This document shows positions 13,051 through 26,900 of a DNA stretch of 64,000 nucleotides, in pieces. The DNA comes from Phoronis australis (lineage: Eukaryota > Animalia > Phoronida), in NCBI GenBank assembly GCA_002633005.1, contig NMRA01000031.1, forward strand, positions 62,001 to 126,000, given 5' to 3'. Positions within the stretch are counted from its first letter, which is position 1; each line of letters opens with the position of its first letter. Under the pieces are notes generated by a model. That model saw nothing but the letters and a program-made list of their open reading frames with translations, made no database searches and had not been told where the DNA came from. The position numbers and the translations under genes are program-made.

Positions 13051-14936
13051 TTAGTACCGGATTTTCCTCTTAACATTGCTAGCTATACTAAAGTTCCCTT
13101 TTGCATATTGGACATGAACGTCTGAGATTTGGCTGTCAGTGGGAATATCAGTTTCAGGAGATCTATAAACCAAAACATCAGGACTGTCACCAGGAATGCT
13201 CGTACTGGGCGACACACGAATTCTGTTGAATAACGGAGATGTTTCACTTTCGTCCCGGTACCTTGACTTCTCCGATGACTTTCTATCTTTTTGACAGTTC
13301 GTATTGAGAGCAGATATATCAGCAACACGTCCATCCGTAGTCAGTTCTGAATCATCACGCTCATTTTGTGAGGTACCATGGTTATTTTTGTTATCAGCAT
13401 TGCTTGATAACAAGGTACACATGGCATCAACTTGTTGCAAGCATCTGACATCAGTGCTATCTTGTGTCGACACACACGCACTGGCGCCACCTAATAGAGA
13501 AAATTTACCATCTACACCATCTTGTGTCGATGCCCAACCCCCGACAGCATCTCCTGTACAAAGTCGATCGCTACCACCACCTTTAGGCGTACCGGAAAAC
13601 TCCTGTGAATGGATATGTTGTGAGCTTCCCCCACTGCTGACCACAACGACGTCAATTGTTTCGTCAGAATCCGGGCCACCCGGGTAATAATCTATAGTAG
13701 CATCACTGTCAGAGTCCTCATCTTGGGTCAAGTCAATGACTTCAGGCTTTTGGAGAAGATTCGTCTTAGAATGGTCTCCATCACTAGACTCCAGCAATGA
13801 CGCATGCTCTTTACTCACACAATGACTGGAACGCAGTTGAACACCGGGTGAGCCATGTGACGAAGCGATATCACGTTGCACGAAACCATTGAAACGAACG
13901 TCATAATCAACCTTGCTAATAGAGTGAGCGATATTAGCACTGATCCCAGTCCTTTGAAGTGAAACAACCTCACTGTTCACAAAACCAGAGTCTTCGTCAG
14001 GTTTCGTTTCCTTAGGTGGCTTCAAATTTGTAAAATCGTTAGTGGCTGGCTTTTCTGCATCTGGTACATTTTCACAAACAGATATCTCACTTTCTTCACA
14101 ACAGACCTTCCCAGTGCCAGAAGCACATTTGTTTGCAGAATTCATCTCCATTTCCACTCTGTCATCCTCGCTTCTTCCGTCCAACTCTTGACTGGACTCG
14201 AACAACAATGGCGTAACACCTCTCTGATGTCTACTGGTGCCACCCATCTCCCCGATTTCATTTTCAGTCAAACACCCTTGGGTTTCCTCATGTAACTGCC
14301 TACTGCTGATCGTCTCAGAATGACCCTCTTCAATTGAACTTTTGATGTCACCATCTTTTTCTAAACTACCTCCAATCATCTCCTCCCATTGGCTAAACTC
14401 TTCCATTTCCATTTCCTTGCTCTTCACTCTATTCAACTTCATAGTGGTCACGTAACCTTCTTCATTTCCATCAATAACTGTCCTACCATGGCCATCACTA
14501 TTGGCTTCAACCAAGATGTTGTCATCACCATCATCATCGTCATCACTCACGTAGGTCAAAAACAACGAGCCTTTCTCTGAGGACTGTGAGGTCATGCGCT
14601 TCACGTCACCATCCCCGGAGTCAGCCTGGTGAAGCATTGGGGTATCACACTTCGCAGCAGGCTGGTATCGCGGCTCCGATTCTTCGTCTGAGAATAAGTC
14701 CAGTTCACTGCCACTGTTTTCCCGTGAATCTGTTGAGTGGCGACTGTAGGAAGACAGCTGACTACCGTGAATGCTGTCAACGACAACATCACTGCAGTTG
14801 GAGTTTTGACTAAAGCGAATAAGGTCACTTTCGCTGCATAGCGATTCCTTTTTTACATGTGAAGATACCGGATGTGGTTTGCACCTCTTTGAAAGAGGTG
14901 AGTCAGATAGCATTAGGTCCTCCATACTGCTTCCGT
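13051..14936 (-). CDS. DCLRE1C: Artemis last exon (long disordered SQ/TQ-rich C-terminal tail)
   Basis: tttgtag|AC GGA, phase 1; 1886-nt open frame to TAA; ends [36 protein letters not shown]. Confidence 0.88.
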
Positions 14937-17900
14937 CTACAAAGTAACAACAGACACGACTTAAACACTCATACACTCCCATCGCACAAAAGATGTACAA
15001 TTAACTAGACTCCTAAATGTGTAAAAGACTTCCCTCTGTTTTAGCCCCTTTAAATCATACATGCAAAAAACTACGTAATCAGAAAGGAACAAAAAACAGC
15101 GACTGCAAAGACGTAAATCGTATGATAATTAATAAAAATGGTAGTTAGCATCAATCGTTCAAAAACAAAGCTTTGATCATAAAAAAGTGAGCAAGACATG
15201 AGGGAAAGGTGTGAGGAATAACTGACAGCAGTGTCACATAATGAACAGTTCAAAAATGAAATTTCTTTCATGCATCACTTGCACAAAGCACGCAGCTTTG
15301 GTCGATAAAATAATCACTGGCTTTATGGAAATTATGCTCTGATGGAAATCAGTAGCAAAATAACAGTAAATCATATGAAAACCAGCCGAATATTTCGGAA
15401 AAGAAATTTTGAAAACTTTGCTCCTCATATGTGAGTCTGCATTTTCGCTGCCATCAATTCCTACATGAAACTTGACCCAGTGCATACAAGTTTTCTCAGC
15501 TGCAGCATAAACACAGCGAGAGTTAACTCTCGCTGTCTTTAGGCTTTAATGAGTGCTTAGCTATGAAATAGAAATGACAGTTGACTGGTTACCCTGATCA
15601 CATTCACGTCGACATGCCAGTTCCTAGAACACCTTGACTGAACTTTCTTTATCAGCAATGGAAAGATTAGGAGAAGAGCTTTCAGTATCAGCATGGCAAA
15701 GGAAGTGACTCATCGACAAGTGAGACTTGATTCAATGCAATAAATCGTAGAACAGAAAATTGGCTGTTGTCACCGTTTAAACATAAAAAGTTGCTAAATC
15801 AAAAGTACACAGTGCCGTAGACTCACTGTTTGGAGGTAGTGGAGAGATCTGTTTCCTCTTCCTCAGCTTACCAAGAGGTCGCACAGTTTGAGACAAACCC
15901 TGGCCGGCCGTAGTCGATATGTGCTTAAATAGGTCAAGTCTCTGCTGTACCTGTGAATGAAACTACACCTGTAGATACCAGTGACTATAAAAAGGTGACA
16001 ATACATGATAAATTCCAAAGTATAAACTCTTAGACGAATTATGCTTTCTAGACTACAAACTACATGTAACACACAAATATATTTTCTGTCATCAACAACC
16101 ATAACTTTATAGTCAAAATTAAAAAAAAATATTGCTAGCCGAAACCATTCCACAGAAATGACAACAACATTTGAAAAACAACGAGGTAGCGTTACATAAA
16201 TTCATTTTCTTCCAAGAAAAGCAAAATCACATGAGGGCTGTTCCAGTAAAATCTGTATGGGAGGGGGGAGGCACCTTTTTTTCGCACCCACCACCCATTT
16301 TTTTCATTTATTTTTTCAGCCTACCACCCGTAATTTTGAAATGCAACCACCCGTAATTTTTTTTTGTTCTTGTGGTCGACTGCACAGGCGCTTGAGTTTA
16401 TCCGTTCCTCCATCACCACTAACGTCATTCATTACTAAGAAAACATATGTTTCTTATATATGGTTATTAGCCATCGAAAAATTCAAGCACCTGTGGTTAA
16501 ATGGTGTTATGGGCATGCCGATGAGGAGATCGGAGGGAGTGAAAAAGTCGGAGCTTTTTGCAAGTTGCATTTTTGTTTCAGTTTTTGATTCTGTGCGGAT
16601 TGTTTATAAAATTTACTAAAATTACCCACCATCAAACATTTATGGCCCAATGAAACAACGACCTGTAAATTTTTATTTTTTTGAAGAACGACCACCAGCC
16701 ATTTTGAATTTAAATCAAACGCAACCACCCATAAATTTTTACTTCAGTTGCCTTCCCCCCCTCCCACACAGATTTTGATGGAACAGCCCTGAGTAAAAGG
16801 CGAGTGTTTTGTGAGTATGCTCGGGAGCTTAATTACTAGCCTGTACTAGCAAAATGGCGGCTGTTAAAGTGAGGTTGGAATGTTGAATTGTGGTATTGAA
16901 CATTTTTGCCATAAGTGCAAGCTAATGTGAAGTTCAAACAGGCCAACTGGGTTTAATAACTTAATAACATTTGAATGTAGGGACAGAACAGAATGTAGAT
17001 CCATGAGCTTATAGGTAGAAATAATTTATGCTATGGAAACATAGGTCACTTATGTGGAGAAAACTAGTCAAAACCATACAGTCAACTCTAGCCTTAATAG
17101 CACGCAAAGTACATGCAGCACAACCATGTTAGTGCCATTGGGGACAAGGTCGTGACCTCACCAAGAGAGGTCAGTACATCCATCAGGATTGCAGTGAGTA
17201 CAAGCGAGACCATATAAAAAGTCTACAAACTCAGGTTTATTATTTACCAAAACGGCCAAATCAGAAGAAAAAGAAAGCTGCAGCCACATGTTAAGTTGTC
17301 TACAAAATATCTGAAGTAAGGAATGGTTGTGTTTGCACGAGACATTCAGTCTGTTACTTTAACATCCCAACCAAGGGGAGAATGAACAGAAAAGTATAGT
17401 GACACAAAATAACAAAGAATACAAAATAACAGAGAATGCATCTTGCTCAACCAGGCGACCTGGAAATTTTTCCGTGATCGCCTATGTTGAGTTGGCATTA
17501 TGCTAAGCGACAAGCCATATACAGTATTGATTTTATTAGTTACAGTGAACTTTGACTACAAAAAAGTTATGCAAGCCCTAGGAAACTTTTTGTTAAGACC
17601 CTTGGCTGAGTGACTGTCGAAATTCAGAAACACAATCCATGCCGGTGGAAAATACACACCCAATCCATTTCGTATTCCATGGGCTTCACATTGGGGTAGA
17701 CGTTTTCCGGGTGAATGTAGCTGACAAACTCGCGCACTTCGGCATAGGATGAGTGGAATGAGCAGCAGACGCGATGGCGGCCATGTTTGACCACAACAAT
17801 GTTGTCGAAGCCATTCACACGCTGCGTGAACCACATGGTTGACAGGACCATGGTGAGAACAGCACCACCCTCAGTGTGTGGCTGGCACTGCCTATGACGA

Positions 17901-20900
17901 CGATTCCTACCTATCTGCAGACACGGCACTATATATTACTACAAAATCAACACAAGTGGAAACGTATTGTCAACACTTTAAAGCACAAAACACCAGTCAT
18001 GTTTGGTGTCAAATAACTTTATCTTTTTATTAATAAACAAATCCTTTATGCCATGAAAAATGACTGAACTGTCTTTTAACCATGAAAGGGCTAAATTCTG
18101 GGCTTAAAAGTATTAACATTAACTAACATAATACTAAGGGCTGAACTCAACACTTAGTCTACAGGATGAGACTTCATGACTGTATGCACTGAACACAACA
18201 TGGCTGCTTGATGGTTAGGGTTAGCTGGTTTCATACCATAAACCAGGTGGAGCTATTGCTTTATGATCTCAGGTGTTCCAAGTCTTAATAAAGTAGAAGG
18301 TCCTCAACAGAAACTAAAAAACCAATAACTCAACTGGTAGCTCCACGTAGTGCCCTGGCACAGAACCATCTTTCCTATTCCCAGACATTATTTAGTCTGG
18401 TACATAAGTAATGTTAGATAGAATGGCCACCCTGTCAAGTCAGCATGTCTTTAACAACAGATCTTCCCAATTCAATTTTTGTGTTGGTGTTCTCTTCAGG
18501 AAGCTTTGTCATGCCCTAATTAGACATAACAGAAAACTGAAGTTGAACCAAGCAATACTTAGTATTCTAAAACAAACTTTACTCACCAGTGAGAGACACG
18601 AGTGTATGCGAGTGATAGCCGTGTCAGTGGTGACGTGCTTGGTAATGCTGGGTATGCCAGAGTAGAGCTTCAGTTTATCCTCAGTAACGTGCACCTGTCA
18701 ATCATAATCCAGTCAGTAGAAAGTACAGGTGTCGACATGACAAACATCAGAGCATCACAAACATCACAATTCACCAAAGATGAATGATTAGCTTTTCTAC
18801 AGAATGACAACAAAACTATTAATAAACACCAAGGCCATAATTCCAAGACAACATGTGACAAACTAAGAGGTCCGGAAAATTGATATCCAGCTGTAAAACT
18901 ATGTGCACAACACACACTAGCAGGACACAATTGTTTCAGCTCCACATAATATTGGTGACCTGTGCTGTCAACTAAACGTCAACTGAAAATACGGTAGTCA
19001 CAAAGACTGTTACAGTATCAAATTAACTTTTGGGAGCGTGTAATCTTTACTGCATGAGTCACATGACACTCTGAGTCACTTACCTTCATGCCAAATGTTT
19101 CGTGTAGCTGAGCAAATAGAAACTCGTAGCCAATCCTGGCCTTGACATTTAGTACAACCATGTTGTCAGGATGGACACTCAGCCAATCAGCTGTCAGCTT
19201 GACGACAGCCTCTGACGTCTGCTCGCGTGACGGAATGAACATTGCTTCCGGAACACAGAACGTAGTGTCCACATAGGCACTCTGAATTTTCTTAACCTTC
19301 CTGTGGACAGAAAAACAGTCAATATTAATAATCAGTTTCATAATGACCTGATTCAATTTCTAATGACACAGTTACAGTGCTCGGACAATAACTGGGGGCA
19401 CTGCTGCAGTTACCATCAGGGGGCTCACCTATTCATGTATCCATGAGGCAATTAAACAAACCATTTCAGCCAGGACCATAAACCCTTCATTAAAGTGTGC
19501 TTAGTTGCAAAGTCCAGCTGGAACAGTTATATACAAAACCAGGGACCATAAAGAACTGCTTCCACTGACCTTGCATGTCAATTTCAAAAGGCCGAATGGG
19601 AGCTACACAAATGATTTAAAACCTTCCAAAATTCTAATCCATTATGCAGACTAGTTACCACCTTCAAGCCCACATAATGTTAATTAACAGTCAAATCCTC
19701 TTCATGTTAACCACTACAAAACAGCTCTATAATTCCCAAAAGTTCAATCAAGCAGCTCCACAGACAGGGATGGGGACAGAACAAAATTGAGAAACTGCCA
19801 CTTTGGTGTCCAGTTCCAGTACATTTAGCAAATGTCCTCCATGCAGACCATGTACATGCTGGATGGGGCTTTGCTCCGACAAAAAAAAGTGTTGGCCAGC
19901 AATTCCTAAGGTCGCGAGTTCAAATTTGCTTTGGGCTGATCTTCTCAAAAATCAATTTTACACCAACCGTATCACTTTAAAAGAGGTCTGGAACATGATA
20001 AACAGCAATATTGAAAGTGGCTCTCTGCTATTGAAACATAATTCAACCTGCTCATCAGGTATTTTTGGGTTTGTTCGTAAAGATTTTTAATTCCCGTTGA
20101 TATCAAAGCATTTTCCTTTAGTTTCAAATTTCAAAAAACACATCTGTCAACTGCTTGCCACTTTGCCGATTTTGTTCCCATAAGGCAAAGCACATCTCCT
20201 TATTTGGTATGGCAGACATAGACCTAGCGCATTTCCCTTACATGGAAAATGTGACCTGTGACCTCAAGCGACATCAAGCAACTGACTGTGAGCGGGTGTA
20301 TGCATTTATCATAAGTGGGAAGGAGATTAGAAACTATGAGGTAACCACAGAGTTTTTCTTTAGCACATATTTCTTTTGGAAATTTCCTCACAGTGGAAAG
20401 TGAATTGCACTGTACTAGACGTTGCGAGATGATACTTTCATCAGAAATTGTTTAAAAGATATTTTTGACGAGCTTTTGCGTTCCATGCCTCTTTAACTCG
20501 AGTCCATGGAAGGGAGTGAATGTAGTGTGAATGTATTGAGGGCCCTCATGAAAGCAGCACTTGGAACTTATTATGGTAAAAATTCTCCAATTTGGGATAA
20601 TATCTAGAATTTGGGATACGGAAACTGCCAGAAAAAAATTTTCTTCAGAGAGAAGGGCTATTTTCATGTTCACCATAGTTCTCAAATTTGGACGTCTTTT
20701 GAATCTATAGAGTGGGTAATTTTGTTGTCGTTCTAGTGATTCCTGAATTTGAGACGGCCAATATTGTATACTCATAGAATTTAGGACAAGCTCCGACCTT
20801 GAGCAAAATAATCAATATTTCTTGATGCTGTCCCAAATTGGAGAATATTGTAAGTTAGGTTCATGATTGTCATCAAAAAGACCAATGTTATTAACTGAGA

Positions 20901-23900
20901 TCGTGAACAGGCTAGTATGAGAAACAGGTCGAGCAGTAACCCTTGCATCACAGCTTACCCTGAGCTGGGATAGTGCAGGGGTCGTATGCTAGTAAGGTCG
21001 TGCCTGTCAAAGCGAAAGTCTCCTGTATACAGCACTGTGCCCTCACTTCCCTCGAACAGAAACCTGGAGAGAGGAAAAGGTAAAGCTGGATTACTGAGTC
21101 TAATCTGACCAAGAATTACATTTTGGGGCTGCCTTGAAAAGATGCAAGAATCTTGCGAAAACTTAACATTACGCACATATTCACAACATAGTACCATTCA
21201 TTTACAAGCAAAGCATATGTACAGCACACATCACGAATTTTTGGCCGACCGGTCGGAAATTGGTCGACGACCGGCCGTCGACCGGTCGGCAAATTAGCCG
21301 ACCGGTCGGCTAAAAATTAGCCGACCCCCAGCCGCCCGCAGTGCCGACTCATAAGGCGACCCCACAGCCGACCCNTCCTAGCCGACCGTTGTTGGTCGGC
21401 TGGTGGTCGGCTAGACGACCGGTCGACGGCCGGTCGTCGACCAATTTCCGACCGGTCGGCCAAAAATTCGTGATGTGTGCTGTACACACAAACCATATTA
21501 GCGAGTATCTTGCATCAGAACACTGCCTCAGTCTCTATTACAACAAAACAACAAAAGCTCTTCAACTAGTCCAAAATAAATTGCTCAGCTTCCAAGTCTT
21601 TTTTACTTATTTTACCGTGACTCTTTGAAGGCAGAGAGTAAAGAACAAACCACTTAATTGTAATGAAGTGAAAGTTGCATTTTCTTTTTTAAAATTTACA
21701 TACATAAGAATTCGACTAATTTTGCCACGTTGTACCCCAATTGGAAGAACTTACCATTCAATACTACAACAACACTTTAGTGAAAATGCTAACAACAGTG
21801 AACTTTTCGGTTGCAATGATTGCAAATTAAGAAATCGTCATTTAACAAAAACAAATTTCAAGCCACCAACATAATACAAATCAAAGCAGTGTCAAAACAA
21901 AACCTGATTTCAAATAAAAAGGCTAACTGTTAACGTTATGACAACTCACATTACAGAGCCAGGGCAGTGATTGGCCTCAATCAGAGTCACCGTAACAGTC
22001 TGACCCTGGTCACTGTCTAGATTCCTCACAAATATGTCTGTTGGCTCGTCACATGGCAGCTCCTTCTGCAAACATTGCAGGCAATGTTAGTGATGAAGAA
22101 ACTAGTACTGCAACATTTCACACTTTGACAAACATTTTGGGCAAAAGCATGCCATTTTCTACCCGATATGTAGTAAGTAAACATTAAAATCATATCAATT
22201 TCAGACAAGAATGACAACCAAAATTGACCTTTTTCATTTTCAGAAGCTTCTAACATTGCTGTGACTGCACAAGGTTTTTAAAAGCATTGTCTGTTAGTAG
22301 CAATGCTACAGAATTTGAAAATGACAATTTTTGGTTCAACTTAATTTTTTACAAGAAAAAATTTTCATTCTAATGTTGTGGTTTTCAAGCAAGTAAAGTT
22401 TGTCTAACTGATTGAGTGACATCCACGTGGAAAACTGTGCAGTTGGTTGATTGTGTGTACTTGTTGGTTGTGGCATACCTTCAGGATTTCTTGCTCGAAG
22501 GAATGATTCATTGGTACAGGTGTTTTACACCAGGATTATGCGTATAACTAAGTCTTAGTTTTCGAACAGAGATATGCAAAAGCCAAAATTCCCCAACGTT
22601 TTGTGAAAGAACTTCGAGAGAATTTAAAATATCCCAGAGTTTTGAACTAAAGCTGTTTTCGCAACATTCAACAATCAATTTAAAAAGAGGACCACGTTCT
22701 AGAAAAATCGGCACAACGGGGGAATACCTAAAGTTATTTGCTATATACTCACTATGTATGGCAGAATGTCATCATAACTACCGAAGTTACAAAGCAGTTG
22801 GTGTGTAATCGCTGAGCAGTAAAGGAAGGTGTCTGGTCTGCAACAAAAAAGCAGAAGTCACAACCTTTGCTCAACCAGACAAAGCAGACTTAAACACAGA
22901 CTCTTGCTCTTTATTCTTGGATGCCCACTCTCCAATAGCAGAACCTTGCAGTCATCTGTTAGTCTAAGGACCTGCCTATACCACTTGGATTTCATTTCGA
23001 AAACGTAACATTTTCTTTCCGTTTTGGTCTCATACTGTTTTATAGTCAAATGAGGGTAATTTCAGGGCATCAAAAACCTGACACTTTGTCATTGCTTGAA
23101 GCCAGGGTCTATAAGCTGAATTGCGTGTCATTTTATGGGACTAGCATGGTCTCAATGTGCATTGACGAAATGTGTTGTCGTTGAATAGATTTCTGATCCT
23201 GGATCTTTACACATCTGAGCCAAGTGCCCAGCAAATTGAAGGTCAAAACTGGAATCCGATGACATTTTCGGGTGGCACAGTTTTTTGCAGCAGAACTTCA
23301 CATCCTGTAGGCCTGGTTAAGTGTTCCCAAAGTTCTACTACTATTCTTGTTTAATTATATTTTTACAACTTGAAAAAGTATTATTATTTAATTATTAAAC
23401 AACAACTCTAAATTTGATATTTGTCAAAAGCGTACACAAACAGCAAGGATTTCCATACTCCCCCCCCCAAAACGTTCACAGTTTTCACACCAGTGAAAAC
23501 GATGATAATTGTGAACAGCCCATAATTAAACTTACTTGGTACAAAGAGAACGAGCGAACAAAATGGAGTCAAGACCTCTCATGTGATCTACAATGAAATA
23601 AGTAGAATTAATCTGCAATATTACTACTAAAAGGTTCAATTGCCTAATGTTAGTCTTCGGATGTTTTTGCACAGTCAGCAAGAAAATTAATATTAACTTT
23701 TACTAACAAGAGCAACAAAAAGCATAGTAGTACTGCAGTATGAACAGGAGTACTTAATAGTATTACAAAAATGGGCCCTAGTACATCAAGCTCACCTGAA
23801 AATGGAAAGGCGGTATCATTTCCCAGACAGAAAACTATACGGCAAAGATATCATCATTAATTGTAATGTTCATTACAATACACTTACCGAATTTTACACA

Positions 23901-26900
23901 AATCTAGCTAGCGTTGTGTAAAATGTCACTTGGGGGCACCAAAGGAGTCTGAACCATCCCAAAATCAATGTCAGTTTCTAATTACTTTACTTTTTTTAAC
24001 AAGAGCAACGCAGAACGTTGGAATGGTGAGCTTCCAGAGTACTATTTATTTCATAAAAATGGCCACCAGATGGTGCAAAAACGTCCAATCCATCTGAAAA
24101 CGGGAACATGCTATTCTTTCTTTAATAGAAAGTTATTTAATAAATTTCATAAAAATCTTCAGAGAAACAAAGGAAAACAGAAACATGAAATTGCCACTAA
24201 AGGGCACTGTCACGTTTTTCCCCGTGTGTGGGTGGGCGCAGGTTGTTACAGACCGGTGCTAATAGCTTTCGGTGCGAAGATTGACTGAAGACTGGTTCGA
24301 GTTAATCCTTTATTAATCCCGACCGTACGTTCACAAGCCTACTCAAACAAAATGTCCGATGTAATGTCTGTTTATGCTTCAGCCAGTGCTGCGAAGCCTT
24401 GACTTGTGTTGAACTTCTGAGATACTTCCAGCAACTGTTACACTCGTTGATTCAATAACCTGCTGTCTATAGCTGGTTCTCTATTGACTATCGCTGTAAC
24501 TGCTGATTCTCTTCACTGCAACTCAACTGTAGTTCTCCTGATTAAATTTCTTGAACTGGCTTGATCTCACTTGATCTCCCGACTTGATCTTCTTGGACTC
24601 AACTAACTTAATCTCACTGACTCAACTCACTCAATCTGACTAACACAAACCCGTGCTTGTGTATTTATAGCCTAGTGCATTGTTTTAGAACTTTTCATCA
24701 ATTCAAGCACATACCAGAACTTTCTGGAACCTACCCAATCATTCTACAGACATGTCCTAGTCTCTAGATTATTTCAGACTGCATTAATCACTGTCACGCT
24801 AGAGTATTCTAGAAAGTTCCATACTATACTGTAGTAAACAAATTACATCATCACTGTTCTGACCTCGGTCTTCTAGAAAGTTCCACACTATTTTGTAGTA
24901 AACAAATTACATCATCACTGCTGAACTCAGGGGTCATGCCAATCAAACTGAATAACAAAACAAACAATACAACTAATAATACTGTCAGACTATATTCTGA
25001 CAGGCATAGCGTTTGTTGGATCCGCATGAAAGATGCCGTCATCTGTTGTTAGCTGAATGTAAATACAATTACTAAATTTACATACTGAAAAGAAGACGAG
25101 TAATACCACGGAAAGTTAAATAGACAGAAACGCTATTCCCATAGTAAATTTGCTTTTGAAAGTATACAACTAAACCCCAAGACAACACCTGTTCGACAAA
25201 GGCCTGATACAGTTTAACTAAAACAATCTCAGTGTGTGTGTGCTGGCCCCATTATTGGAAAATTTCGTTAATTCCATTGAAGTTTGTAATTAGGTGATTA
25301 ATCACGTTAAAGTTTCCACAGTATGGCATTGAAAATGTGATAAAGCGAATAATCAGTATCTGTAGAAATGTGAAAGCCACCAACATGAAATACAGTAAAA
25401 TACAGGAGTTCGACACATAGCGGAAACGATCAAGGGACCTTCCACAAGTACCTCATTGTAATTTTTCAGGATATAGGCTTCAAGTAGGTTACGCTAGCCG
25501 TTCTTTCTGCGCTAGTTCATTGATCTATTATGACGGTATCTCAGATTACGAGAAGCGATGACAGAAGGAATTTTGCTGGAATAACGGCAGAATGACGGGT
25601 ATTTTTTTGGCACACATTTGCCGTCATGACAGCTAAGCGTCAGCTTGAGCGATAAGATATGATTTGCACTATGTCTTTTGCACACAGAAGGACGCCATAG
25701 GAGGCTGTCAATGTCTTTAATTCCTTCCAACTCAAATACTCCCATAACCAAACTTTTCTTCAAGCACTTACTTGACATGTTCAGTTGCCCAAATCGGCAA
25801 CTGGCCATTTTTATGCAGCGCGCTCCATTGTGCGCCTCCTAAAGTGCTAAAGGTATTTATAGCAAAGTTTGATATTTTAACCAGTATGAGGCATAATTCA
25901 TTGAAAAGCTTGCATCATATGAAGTGCCTATATAGGAGCATCACTACCTCTATTGGGGCCATTCGAGCCGGTAGGCTCACTGTCTACCTAGCACTAGCAA
26001 AAAGTAGGATGTGAAGTAGCAAGCCAGCTAGCTAGATGAAGCCTATCAACAAAATACAGCTAGGTACTACTACTGTGTATTGAGATCTGTTAGACCACGA
26101 AATTTCACACAGCCGGGGTAGTTCTGCTTGTCACCTTGTCGAGAAATTAATATCATCATGTAGAGCTAATGATCAAGCGACACTCACCTTGCTGTTGCAG
26201 CCGTTCAGTGAAAAACTTATTTAATAAACATCATTTTCGCGCATGATTCTCCGCACGGGTAAATCACAATCAAGGTCCATGTTCCAGAGTCAACTGTGTT
26301 ACGGGCTAAAATAAAACTTTTTGGACACTTACAAAGAAAAGTCTGTAGTCGTTTTGAAAATAGTACTCTAGTCACTCATGTATGCCCCCTTTCGTCTTTG
26401 CGACATCTCTTGGGAGATGATGGCAGCTTCGTAGCAGCAAAATTTGTTCTGAAATTTGGTTTGCTCCTTAAAAACTTGAAACGAAATAAGACCAGTTCCG
26501 ATAATTTGTTGACATGAACACAACCTTGTGGAAGACCAATTGATTGAAGGAATAGCAATAGCTAGGTGATGCAATATTTCATGAGGCCGAAAGCAGGCCT
26601 GCGTTCAGTAGACGCTAGGACCTACGCTAGCACCTAGCTAAGACCTAGTCAAAGTCACGTGTTCTCATTAAAAATACACGGCAGTATCTCACGTAATCTC
26701 ACGAAGTCTTGCTTTTTAGCGAGGTCCTAGCGTTACTGAACGGGAGGCTGGTGTGATTTCATGTAACTTCCTCGAGGGAAAATCGGGTGAACCTTGAGTT
26801 TTGACAGATTTTCATGGATATGTTCGAATCGCGTGTCCCAGCACTACCATTGAGTTTGAACAGAACCTCAGCCAGCCTCTCGTTCACTAACACTAGGACC

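Noticed and set aside
14937-15000. 649-aa stand-alone gene starting at 15000
   Set aside because: The start is a TTG in intronic sequence; the acceptor at 14937 joins this frame to Artemis in the correct phase.
22479-22547. Extra Artemis exon at a donor-like AAG|gtatgc
   Set aside because: It has an in-frame stop after the nearest acceptor, and exons 3 and 4 already join in phase with continuous homology.
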